From contig OZ237776.1 in NCBI GenBank assembly GCA_965178125.1, positions 124,001 to 188,000 of the forward strand: DNA of 64,000 nucleotides, given 5' to 3'. Source of the stretch: Bilabrum cf. latius. Taxonomy: Eukaryota. Positions 52,879 through 64,000 of this stretch are shown piece by piece (within the stretch, counting starts at the first letter, position 1; each line of letters starts with the position of its first letter). The notes under the pieces are model-generated. The model did not search any database. It saw nothing but the letters and a program-made list of their open reading frames with translations, and was not told where the DNA came from. Both the position numbers and the translations under genes were made by a program.

Positions 52879-54493
52879 TCACCGCAGGCTATCCGCTGCC
52901 ACTGCGGTTCCAGGAACCGCTGGCTGCGCAGCTGCAGGGTCACACCCCCCTGACGATACCGAGTTCCCTTTCATCATAGACATGGACGAGCGCAGTCTGG
53001 CAGTCCACCGCTGAAGCGAACCACCTCCCTGTGTTGATCCACCGGCGTAGGCCGCACCCCTTCCCCTCCCCCCCCTGTCCACAACCGTTCGCGAGCCGGT
53101 TCCGCGGATCGGGCTGCCACTGGCAGCTGCTGCAGCCTGCAGGGAGCCGAGCGGCCGCAGCGGCAGCAGCTCCCCTGAGTGACCCCGAGAGTGATCATCA
53201 TCTGGGCCGCTTACGGATTGCCAACGGGGTCGCCTTGCCGTCGTCGATGGTTGGGTTGCTGCTGTCGATGAGTCGCCTTGGACCCTCCCACTCGTCACAC
53301 CATAGAAGGTTCGCACTGTCGCATCGAGCTGACTAGGGGTGCCAAAGTTGCTCCGCAGCAGTCCCGGTATCGACGCTTCGGATACTGATTGTACTGCCTA
53401 TCGCATCCCAACCCGTCTTTGAGGCGCTGTGTACAGCCGCGGCGGGCAGTCGCGGGGTGTATCATCGGCAGTAGGCAGGTGATCGTGTCTCCCTGGCTGC
53501 CTCGAATACCCCCTGGCCATGTGGCGGTCGCTTTCACTGCGAAACGATGATTCCCCGGTGTTGAACGAGGTGGCACTGCCTCGTTTAACACGCCCTGACG
53601 AGTGCAGAGGATCGGCCACGAGCTGGTCAGAAGCATCGCAAATTCGGCCCCCATAACTACCTGTGCTAGCCTTGCCGGCAGTACCAGCGGACCCGTGTTG
53701 CGGCGCATGTGATGCAGGCTACGATTCTAGGCAAGCATCGTGTCCCCGATTGCATCTCCCCGACGCCTGTGTCGCAGTCTGATCATGTTTCGAAGCAAAC
53801 TTTGGTAAGTGGCTGGCAGAGCCCTGGTGAGCCAGGCTTGTATCGCACCCTGAAATTGACTGCACGATGTGATGCGTTGCTTGACTAGTATTCCTGGCCT
53901 GTAGCTGGGAATCAATTATACCCTCCGCACCCTACGTGCCACTTCTGTTGCTGGCAGGTCCGCATTGATGTACTTCCACGCGAGAAGGGATGTGAGCACC
54001 AGACTCAACCAATCTGGCAGATGCTATTGTATCTGAAAATAACACGGATCCCTCGCCGAAGGGCTAGGTTCCATGTGCAGAGCCTGATGCTTCTGTCTGA
54101 TAGGGGTACGTCTGCGAGCTGGAGATGCCGACGCAACACGATTCATAGATGACAATGAGTTTGACCGCACGAAATATTTCGTCAGTTTAAGCCTCACGGT
54201 TGTGTACTGTACCGTTGATCCTGGTTCAATGCTTTCCTGGAACAGCTATGAAGCTAGCAGTGATCCACCGCATGCTGCTGCGGTAGTGTCTGTGCACTAG
54301 CACACATGAGGTACAAATAAGAATCAAGCACACTTGAATCATTGACGAGATTAACATCATTCATGCAGCCGCATAGAAACATAGTGGTGCGTCGGATGGA
54401 AGCAGAGCACTCACTGCCGGCTGGGTGTTTCAGCTGGAAGTCCACCAGCTCTCTGCTTTCTTCAATACCGACGGAGCTGCTTACACAACCCAT
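52879..54493 (-). CDS. Low-complexity protein with MGCVSS motif; intron(s) around 54110-54414 unresolved
   Basis: First exon followed by GTGAGT; frame open 54186-52879 across TAGs at 54064, 53932, 53719 and 53398; ends TGA. Confidence 0.52.
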
Positions 54494-54825
54494 ACTACAA
54501 TAATTGAATCGACCGTATAATTAGAGGTGCAAGTGCATACGCCAGCGTCGCAGCGCGTGCTGTAGATCTACGTCAGTGTTGCAGTCAAACTGTCTTCATC
54601 TTCAAGAAAAGTGTGTCCGGATTAGGGGCGGCTGACCATGCACAACACATGCGTGATAGATGGAGGGCATTGCAGCCTTGACCACGCGGGCCTAGGGTAG
54701 TGCGGCTGCACATTGGTGGTGTCGCAAGTTAGCCTTAGCCTTGAGAAGGCAACACTGTCACTGGCAGTGCCGTACGAGCAATGCCTCACTTCTCAGGTCC
54801 ATTGCGTAAATTGCAATACGTGACA

Positions 54826-56223
54826 TCAATGAATTGACTCCAACGGGTCAAGAGACCACTCTTCTGCGCTTGCGTATCCGTGCACGATCTACCCCCCTAC
54901 GTCGCTTGCGCCAGTGCCATCACTTTCACCATCTCGCTCCAATGGCACTGCTTCTCCCCCAAGGGACCTCGAAGAAGCACCGAGTGACCTGGTGCTCCAT
55001 GGCTTGGCCGGCCTTAAGTAAACACGCCTTATCGACCTTGCTCGCTCGCCTTGCTTTGGCTCTGCCCCCGCAGCAAGGCATCGGCCGGTGCAGCCGGGCA
55101 GACTAGGAGGATATGTGGCTGGGCTTGGCACCGGCACACCCTGCGACAGGGCTGGGCTTGGCACCGGCACACCCTGCGACAGCTAGTGGTGCTCTACACC
55201 GGTAGATGCGGCGGTGTCCCATGCATGGTCGCGCTCAGCAACGGCTGAACCGCTCTCAGCTGCGGCCATGGCACCCACCTGCTGCTCCACCTCCTATCCG
55301 CTGCCTAGCTGCTCCCGTGTGCGGGTAGTGGCCAAGCCATGCGTGCTGCCTACACCAAACGAAGAGCTGCTATGTTCCTACAAACTGATATTACTTCGCT
55401 CGTCACACCTGCTACGCGCGCCGGGATGGCCGCCATCGTGCGACCGCGTGCATGAGTGCTACTCGTGGCTAGCATGCGACCAAGAGCGGCGACCACCCCT
55501 CGCGTCTGGCTGAGCCATCGCCCCCGTGCCGTCAGTGGAAATACCAGACGTAACCTGCAATTGTTCAAGCTTTGTAGCCAATGATCTAGGTACAACGGTC
55601 TCGCGATGATTCACCCCCCGCGGCGTTGCAACGTACTTGCGGGCAGCAGCACGTGGTGTCAACGGTCTCGCGATACCCGGTTCTAATCGTCGCGTGCCGG
55701 GCAACCCGCTGATTGCACCTAAACTGGGCAAATAGTCAGTGTGGTGGAATGCAGGGTCCAGATTTGGGACTTTGACCTGATTGGCGACGCATTCCTGCGC
55801 GCATCTTGACGAGCGCTTGGTAATTTTCTTCTGTGCCCAGTTTCCTCGAACTGATATGTTGGACCAACTTCGAATTCCAGAGCGCTTAACATACTATCAA
55901 ACATAGCATCCGTCTCACACTGATCTTCTGGTGCCCACCGCTGCAGGAATTTCCACAGCTTAAGCGCTACTAGGAACACTTGCCTGGATCGACCTCTGCA
56001 ACAATAACGCATGAATGAAAGAGACATCTTCGTTGGACAACATCCTTAAATACAACTGTGCGTGTGCATGATCTCTCAACTGTATGTATGCCTTACGTTT
56101 CCTTGATATTCCCACACGATCACAGGTGCATGTGCCTCGATGCGGTGATACGCGAACCTCTGTGTTGGAATGCGCTGCAGCTACTGCATGAACGGCAGGC
56201 ATACTACTTGTCCCGCAGCCCAT
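54826..56223 (-). CDS. Low-complexity protein with MGCGTS motif; intron(s) around 55894-56096
   Basis: GTAAGG donor after the first exon; frame open 55893-54826 across TAGs at 55459, 55378, 55294, 55183 and 54889; ends TGA. Contains a 33-bp duplication at ~55117-55182. Confidence 0.52.
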
Positions 56224-56520
56224 GATAGATTCCTCTTTAACTTTGAATGCTCTTTGGTTTCGTCTCTCTTCGTTTCACGGCAGTGTTTCGACTGTTCGTA
56301 TGTCTGAAAACCGGAATTGTAACGGCGTTACGTTGCGCAATGTTTCATGCATAATCTCGTTACAGTTCGACTTACAAAAATGGTGCCAGCAGTGTCAGCA
56401 TACCACTGGCGCGGTACACTGTACCTTTGAGTTACAGTGGACAGTCAGCGACCGATTCAACCAAGATGAACATTCCTTGCAATGATTACCCCCCTACATG
56501 TGCAGAACCTCAATATAATT

Positions 56521-57519
56521 TGGCAGCCCGAGGACAGCCTCTGGCTCGGCACAGGGCCCATCCAATGGCAGCCCGAGGACAGCCTCTGGCTCGGCACAGG
56601 GCCCATCCACTGGCAGCCCGAGGACAGCCTCTGGCTCGGCACAGGGCCCATCCACTGGCAGCCCGAGGCCAGGCACTGGCTCGGCCCGGGGCCCATCCAC
56701 TGGCAGCCCGAGGCCAGCCTCTGGCTCGGCACAGGGCCCATCCACTGGCAGCCCGAGGACAGCCTCTGGCTCGGCCCGGGGCCCATCCACTGGCAGCCGG
56801 AGGACAGGCTCTGGCTCGGCACAGGACCTGCAGTGGCAGCTCGAGGACAGGCTCTGGCTCGGCACAGGGCCCATCCACTGGCAGCCCGAGGACTGGCTCT
56901 GGCTCGGCACAGGGCTCATCCACTGGCAGCCCGAGGACTGGCTCTGGCTCGGCACAGGGCCCATCCACTGGCAGCCGGAGGACAGGCTCTGGCTCGGCCC
57001 GGGGCCCATCCACTGGCAGCCCGAGGACAGGCTCTGGCTCGGCACAGGGCCCATCCACTGGCAGCCCGAGGACAGGCTCTGGCTCGGCACAGGGCCATCC
57101 ACTGGCAGCCCGAGGACAGCCTCTGGCTCGGCACAGGGCCATCCACTGGCAGCCCGAGGACTGGCTCTGGCTCGGCACAGGGCCCATCCACTGGCAGCCC
57201 GAGGACAGGCTCTGGCTCGGCACAGGGCCCATCCACTGGCAGCCCGAGGACAGGCTCTGGCTCGGCACAGGACCTGCACTGGCAGCCCGAGGACAGGCTC
57301 TGGCTCGGCACAGGGCCCATCCACTGGCAGCCCGAGGACAGGCTCTGGCTCGGCCCGGGGCCCATCCACTGGCAGCCCGAGGACAGGCTCTGGCTCGGCA
57401 CAGGACCTGCACTGGCAGCCCGAGGCCAGCCTCTGGCTCGGCACAGGGCCCATCCACTGGCAGCCCGAGGACAGGCTCTGGCTCGGCCCTGGGCCCATCC
57501 ACTGGCAGCCCGAGGACAG
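56521..57519. repeat. Minisatellite of ~22 copies of a 45-bp unit (43/44-bp variants), TGGCAGCCCGAGGACAG(C/G)CTCTGGCTCGGCACAGGGCCCATCCAC
   Basis: Head-to-tail units with no unique spacers; indel variants shift reading frames. Confidence 0.95.
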
Positions 57520-58637
57520 TATGTGGTCCATTTTAATATTCATTGAGTACCACTACATACTACCAACCACACGCGTCAAACAATGCCGTAAGCAGCGCTT
57601 TGCCGCGGTAGTTTGCGCTCCTAGACGAGCTTGAATTACGGCGGCACGGTTTGTCGCTATTCCAGATGGTGCGGAGTAGGCCAGGTGCTAGCCAGATTTA
57701 GCACACTCGGTCACCACTAGAATTGGCTCCGCTGCCCTGCTCCAGCGTGGACTCTTTGTCCTGAATGCAGCTGAACGACCGCAAATGGCAGGCTACACGA
57801 CTGATAACTGGCGCCCACAGGGATGCACTGGCAGATAGGGGCGGGAACCTAGCCGAAAATCTAAATAGTACCATCTACAGGACGCAGGCACGTGTGGGAT
57901 AACCTCCGCAATGCATTCGTCGGGCCAAGTTAAGCTCCACGAGTGCTCTGCAGCGATCGGCAGACGCTATCATAAGCGAATTGGCCAGGTGCCAGCTGTG
58001 CGATTGGTGTCACTATTACACTGTACTAAGGCATGTGACCTCTACACTGTACAGTCGCAGAGGGTTTCATGTTTGCGAGAAGGTCGACTGGGCACGAGGT
58101 CCAAGTGGGGCGCTGCCTCTGGTTTGTCGGATCTCAGGGAATGTGCTCCCCTATAACATCCAAAGTGCGGCTCGGGCCTTTCAGAAGATATCAAATATTC
58201 GAATCAGATAGCCCCTCGCTACTCTACATTCGCTGAGGGTTCTCTGGTGTGGGGGCTGCTGCCAAAATGGTTGAAGTGCCGAACCGGCGCAGTAATGCCG
58301 ATGCCATTTAGTTGCACTGGCGAAAACAAAATTCACACTGGCGGGATCCGCGAAACAGAATAGGGCGTATCTTAAGTTCTTCGTCTTAACGTGCCCAAGA
58401 AATTTGTGATGTCACAAACAAATCAGCTGGCATCTCTATCCGTGCAGGGGGTGACGCACGAACCATTAACTGAAGATGAAAACAATACTAAGAATCCAGA
58501 ACCAAGCCAGAACCAGTGCAGCAGGCAGCATTTCTCAGACTAGACACGATTGTGAAGGCTAGTACTGCGCTGCCCAAGCATCCATTTGTATACAATTAGC
58601 TAGTTGGTGGAGCAAATTCGGCGGATAGGGGAATCCA

Positions 58638-60908
58638 ATGGATTCGTATCGAGCTGAAGGCGATCAGCAGCAACATGGCAGCATTGGTCCGAAAAAGCGC
58701 AAAGATGCAACTGGTGCGGTAGCTAGTGCCTTCAATCCAGATAAAGCAAGTTGGAAAGAAGTCTTATAGCTGTCAGAACAGTTGAAGGATAACCTTGCGC
58801 ACGCAGACAGACGGCAAAGCGAACTTACCGACGGTGAAATAGAATCGGCTGCACGGCGACTGCGGGAGGCCAGGCGAGCAATTAAAGGACTCTAGCTGGC
58901 TATTGATGCTCAGCTATATGGCGATCATAGCAAAGAGAACGTGCAATGGCGCATCGCGCGGACGGTACCACCAGATGCCACTGATGGTGGAAGCGCACAC
59001 GGTTCTCGGTTCTCGATTGCACATAAAGCCGACGCGTCGGAGATTAGTAGATCTGCGAACTCACAAGTACCAGCTAGTGCATCCTCGAGTCACGAGGGGA
59101 ACATGCAGCCCAGACCGATTGAAATTGGCCGCCGCGGCCATTGCCGACCGGCATTAACTCCGACTCAAAAGACGTCCACTGGAAAGGGAGCCATGCTGCT
59201 AAAGGTTCCGGAACCAGGCCCAGGCTCTACGTCCGGTGCTTCTGGTTCTTCAAAGACATCCGACACGCTGAGTGCGTCTTTAGTTGGTTCGAGTTCACAG
59301 TACGGTGGGACGCTGAGCAGTCGATCCGGCATTTCAGCGGGTGCTGTGGCCGAGATGAGAGCGCAAGGGGATGCAAGTGCCGACGGGACGTCCGAGTCGT
59401 CCGAGCGCCGCAGCGGGCATTCCAGTCACCGGCCAACCAGCTCGAAGGGCAGCTTTGATGATAGTCGGAAGCACGACAATCGATCCAGTGCGGCTTTGCG
59501 GCAGTCGGGAGCTGTTGAAGCAGCATCCGAAATGCCCACACACAGCGGGGCCACCAGAGCCCGCAAGAGAGAGCGCGGGCGGCGCACTGACCATACCGAT
59601 GCCGCGGACCTCGCGGGATCAGCGACTGCCTCGGATTCGCCTGCCAGGTCCCCTGGGCAGCATAGCCAAGGCGGGCGCGACATGAGCTCGCGAAGCAGCG
59701 GGAGCATTCGGCGGAGCGGCGGCAGCAGCCGCGGGAGCGCCAGCCAAACCGGAAGTGGGCGGGGGAACACGCCTTCACTGGCGGCTGATGACGGCTCCGT
59801 GGACCGGGCGGAAGGTGAAGGGAACGAGGAGGGCGGGAGGCATGACACGGGAAGCAGCCGATCGGCAGACTCCAGCCGCGCACTGCCGAGTGTGACGAGT
59901 GCTGGACGCTCCGGGGGTGGAGCAGGTGGAGCAGGAGGAGGAGGGCAGAGGAGGAGAAGAACCAGGACCAGGACCAGGCAGCACCGCAAGAGAAGGCGAC
60001 ACGACAGCGTGATTCGCGAGCTGCAGCCGGGCCAACCGGGTGCATCGCACGGTGGAGGATATCTGCGAACCAGCAGCAGGTGGTCCGGAGACGAAAGGTC
60101 AGGTGCGTTGCACGGTAGTGCAGGTGTCAGGGTCTCGGGTGCAGTCTGGAGCGAACAGCAGGGCCTGATGGTCGGTTTGCCAGAAAACACCTCCCGGGAC
60201 AGCAGCGACCCATTGGCTCGATTCACCGGACTGCCACACCGGGCAAGGGTACAGGAGCAGGATCGCTCGAACTCGATTGGCAGCATCGCACCATCACGTG
60301 CCACCGGCTATCTGCCCTCGGGTACCTCGCTCATTTTGATTCCGGATGGTCAAGGCGCAGCACCCCCTGGAGTACCTCAGCGGGGAATGTGGAGCGGACC
60401 CATCCTGACGATTGGCACTGGAAACGGAAACGCCTCGGGCTCGGGCTCGGGCTCGCAGCTGCAGGCAGGTCTGGGAATAGGAGCAGCAGGTGCGGCGGGG
60501 ACACTGAGCAGCTGCGACGATGGCGCTCTCACCCCCATGTCCCAGCCCCAGTAGCAGCCTGTGTGCCCCGGGGAAACCGGAACTGCAGGGCATGGTGGCA
60601 TAAGTAACCATTCCTTCGTACTGCAACGGCCAAGGGAACGAGGCAGCGAGTCCAGCTCGAGCAGCGACAACACGCTGGTAAGGGAGGCGAGAGCAGCGGC
60701 AGCGCAGGAAGCACATGGCGCCGGGCTCAGCCCATCGAGGGACCTAGCATTCGCTGGCAGTGGAGTGTGCCTGCATCCGAGGCACGTGGATGACGCTGCA
60801 GATGCTCAGGGTTGGTGCGAGGATGGTGCACAGGGGATCGGGCAAGCCGCTGCGCCCATGTCTTCAGGAGGATTGGGCGGCTAGGGCGCACCGGACCAGC
60901 TGCACTGA
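58638..60908 (+). CDS. Hypothetical protein with N-terminal helical/coiled-coil segment and Ser/Gly-rich disordered body; true start may be upstream (e.g. 58476)
   Basis: One frame across TAGs at 58767, 58893, 60552 (CAG TAG CAG) and 60882; ends TGA. Confidence 0.65.
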
Positions 60909-61124
60909 GGTGAGTGCGGTTGCAACCGGTAGCATTCGGATCTGAGGGAACGCGTGACTCAAGATCATCCTGGGGGATTGTGTGCTGCATGCGGCAAGAC
61001 CTGCCCTCCCCTGGGGAGAGTTCCATTTCTTCTCACCTTCGGGCAAATGCCAGGAAAGTTCATTGTATTGTAATTCAAGGCATTCAATGTACATGCGCTT
61101 GATGCAGGTGTTCCAATCCGATCT

Positions 61125-63407
61125 TCACACGCACTCGTCACACTCAAACACAGTGCTAGTTTTCGGCGTAGCCCTCGCCCTCGCCTACGTCGAGCCCCTT
61201 GCCCCTGCCCCTGCCCCTGCCCCTGCCCCTGCCCCTGCCCCTGCCCCTGCCCCTGCCCCTGCCCCTGCCCCTGCCCCTGCCCCTGCCCCTGCCCCTGCCC
61301 CTGCCCCTGCCTCTGCCTCTGCCCCTGCCACAAACTTGACGCCACCGCGGCCCCTTGCTTCCAAGCTCATGTGCCAGCCCACTCGCATTGCAAGCGCAGA
61401 TTCCTGACTGCGGGTCAGTTGAGCCTTCGCATGACGAGTCCAACTCGGAGCCCGATGCAAGCCTCTGCCAGCGCCACTGCCAGTGCCACTGGACTCTCCC
61501 CAGGCAGCCCCGACCCCGCTGTGCTGGACCTGGCCAGCACTGCTCGCGTCCCTGCCTTCCCGCGATTCCACGTAGCTCAACGCTCGCTCGAGCAGCCACT
61601 GGCTAGTGCTGCTCACGAGGTGCGCGGCGCAGGTTCCGCTCGTGCCGAATGTGTAGGCCTCTCCTTCCGTGCCCATCGTGCCACTCTCGGGCGCGAAGCT
61701 TTCCTCCGTCTCGCCTATAGTAGCACGGTGTTCAACATGTTCCCGTGCAGCTTTTTCATATTCCTGCCGCGTTGAAACGATCGATGCCATGTCATTGGCA
61801 GTGCCAGTTGCTTCGGCACCAGGATGCTCTCTGGCATACCAACTTCCTTGCGCTGCGCTGCCCCACGACTGATCATGGTCTCGAGCCATGTTTTGGACGA
61901 TTCTAGTCGTGTGAAGATGCACCTACTGCGATACAGTGGACCCCTCTGCTTCTATGTCAATTCGACTGCAAGCAGGACCGTTGATGTCATCCGGATCGAT
62001 CGGCAACACTTCTTGAGGAGCAGCACTGCCACTAAGTTTGGTGAAAGGGTAATGATGAGCCTCGTCCTACAGCAATGTTGTTGCGACTTCACCCCTCGGC
62101 AATTCAATACCACTGCTGCACTCAACTGCAAGCAGGTCGGATGACTATGGTGATTTTAGGTCTGAGAGGTCGTTGCTGGGCAACCAGACACAACCAGACT
62201 CCCCAAAACTACCTATTGCATCTGTGTGCCTGCGGCATCGCTTTGAGTGTGCCATAGATCGTTTCAAAGCAATTCTGCTGGCCGATTGCGATCTACTGCG
62301 TAGATTCGGCGCCGAGTTTGCGACTGAATCTCCGCAATCAATCGGTTCAAGGGATAACCAGCGCGACCCAGATACTGCGTTTGATTCTTGACGCGCGTTG
62401 TTATTGTCCAAGTCGTGTGGGGAATGCCGTGGAAGATCCTATCTGGCGGCTGGCAGCTGCACTTGCTTGCTCGGTTTGTCGGGGGTTTTCTCCGGCTTTG
62501 AACCATATGAAGGGATGTTTATAGCCCTACCAGTACCTAGAGCGACTTGCGGAGACGATGTAGATAAAACTCCCTACCCCTGATGTTGGGGACGGAATAC
62601 AGTGCTACTGGGTTGCAGTGTCTCGCACCATTGTTGACTTGAACCCTCTCGGGTCCCGCCTCCAAAAATGACGTGGTTTCCAATGGTATAATCTCGCACT
62701 GCCCAGTTGGAGTGGTCCGACGTAGCAGAGAGCACAACATCGCTAGCGACTCCTCCTCGATGATTTACTTGTTTCTCACTGGCAGGGCAGTCACTCGACG
62801 CAGTTCCATGTCTACTCCCATTATTGGATTGTTGGCTACTATGTACCACGCAATAGACACGACGAACTGCGGTGTCGCCAATGAATTCGATTACAAATGA
62901 AGATAGTGCAGATCCGGACAGCATACGTGTCCATTCAATTACATGGTTTCCAGTCGAAAGCATGCCCTTGCCGCCATTAAGAAACTTAAAACGAGACCGT
63001 GTTGTAGTAACTGACTATGCACCTTTCTAAAGCGGCCACATGAACAGGCAAGATAGCTGTCGTCGCGCCAACCGCACTAACAGTTAGCCAGGCGATTGCG
63101 CACTAGCGGGCAACTGCCGGCAATGACAAGATTCCAGTGACTAGTTTGCGAAATTGACCTTCCAGTGCTTTCAAATCCCAACACAATTCTTACTTTTTGG
63201 CCGATTGCAGCTTGATCTCCATGACGATCGGCGCCAGGGCCGGCTACTCGGCAGTATTCCGCCACCCGCGTCGCTACCCTTCGGCAGTGATGCCTCAGTG
63301 TCGGCTTCTGCAGCGTGATGCGCATGCACCCGTGCAGCAGATCGAAACGATGCATTGCGTTTATCATGCTCCCCGTCACCAGACTGCTGGCCTAGGCAAT
63401 TTCCCAT
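61125..63407 (-). CDS. Low-complexity protein with MGNCLG motif; intron starting at 63193
   Basis: First exon followed by GTAAGA; frame open ~62963-61125 across TAGs at 62574, 62439, 62145, 62067, 61923 and 61185; ends TGA. Confidence 0.6.
61194..61329. repeat. (GCCCCT)n hexamer microsatellite, ~22 units, encoding Ala-Gly on the minus strand; same unit also at ~35378-35419 (inverted) and ~35718-35770
   Basis: Directly visible. Confidence 0.92.
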
Positions 63408-63720
63408 TGTATGAGCCCTGTTTGTAAGGCTTGCCGCCACAGGGGTGTCTGGGTGCCACGCAGTGCGGAACTGGTGAGGCGCCGCGACACAGATCTAAGG
63501 CAGGAGGTGCGTACCGGACCATGCCAATGTGCTCGTTGGCTCGCAGAGACCGTATGAAATCATTTTTATTTCGCCGCCAATCAGCCTGCATGCACGCGTG
63601 ACTTAACTCGCGTCTTGCCGGCGCCAAGGATAACCACTGCTCGATGGCAACCACCGTCGATCCTGGCAACCACGCACACAGTTCACCGTAGACTTCACCG
63701 CACGGCGTAGAATGGAACAA

Positions 63721-64000
63721 TCACTGCTGGTCGCCAACACCCCCGTCGATTTTTACTAGCACGTCAGCACGCACCCCGATGGCGCAAGCATCCACACCCC
63801 TGCCCCCCTCCCCTTCCTCATCTGCATCTTCTCCAGAGTCCTCGATTTCATCTCCAACCGTGGCACCACCACCACCACCACCATCATCATTCTCGCCACT
63901 ACTGCTGCTGCATACTCCCCGCACGCTGCCCTCTCCTTTGCTCTTCGTAGCCACAGTACCGTTCTCTAAGGCTGGGTGCTCTGATTCCATGATCTCCTCC
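63721..64000 (-). CDS. 3' end of a gene entering from beyond the window (acidic/Gly-rich)
   Basis: Open frame with composition like neighbouring genes; ends TGA. Confidence 0.45.
   Translation of the reverse strand, partial: EEIMESEHPALENGTVATKSKGEGSVRGVCSSSSGENDDGGGGGGATVGDEIEDSGEDADEEGEGGRGVDACAIGVRADVLVKIDGGVGDQQ

Noticed and set aside
56521-57519. CRISPR array
   Set aside because: Units are contiguous with no unique spacers, no cas genes are present, and the context is eukaryotic.
56427-57546. Long repeat-protein ORFs (WQPEDSLWLGTGPIH etc.) in the ORF track
   Set aside because: Open on both strands only because the unit lacks stops; 43/44-bp variants switch frames freely.
61194-61329. 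Telomeric repeat
   Set aside because: GCCCCT tract is internal, in frame within a CDS, and not a TTAGGG-type unit at a contig end.
1-64000. Mass pseudogenisation explaining the internal stops
   Set aside because: Interruptions are almost exclusively TAG, catalytic motifs are intact and frameshifts are rare; random decay would also give TGA and TAA.
1-64000. Pyrrolysine or ciliate-type UAR=Gln code
   Set aside because: TAGs are numerous, fall in disordered regions and align to CAG; TAA terminates genes (6345, 33588) and was not found in-frame in exons.

Overview
GC-rich, gene-dense eukaryotic (protist-like) nuclear DNA with a few GT-AG introns. No rRNA, tRNA or CRISPR was seen. The supplied ORF track is fragmented because this genome appears to read UAG as a sense codon, most likely Gln, while UAA and UGA still terminate. 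Reading through TAG joins the fragments into about 17 coherent genes with roughly 75-80 in-frame TAGs (manual count), and the complete genes all end in TGA or TAA. An internal duplication aligns one TAG exactly to CAG. Recognisable genes: an FG-GAP/integrin-alpha repeat surface protein, an LRAT/PLAAT acyltransferase, a SET-domain protein, a Crinkler/RHS-type NTPase+REase, a giant FN3+WW protein, a GT61-like glycosyltransferase flanked by ~450-bp inverted repeats, and a signal peptide-JmjC-Cys-rich-TM protein. Eight low-complexity genes between 30 and 63 kb begin with MGxC/MGC acylation-type motifs. The 12-mer GTGTGACGAGTG occurs about 27 times, mostly inside CDS and in several reading frames. 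Gene starts and splice sites were read by eye and are provisional.
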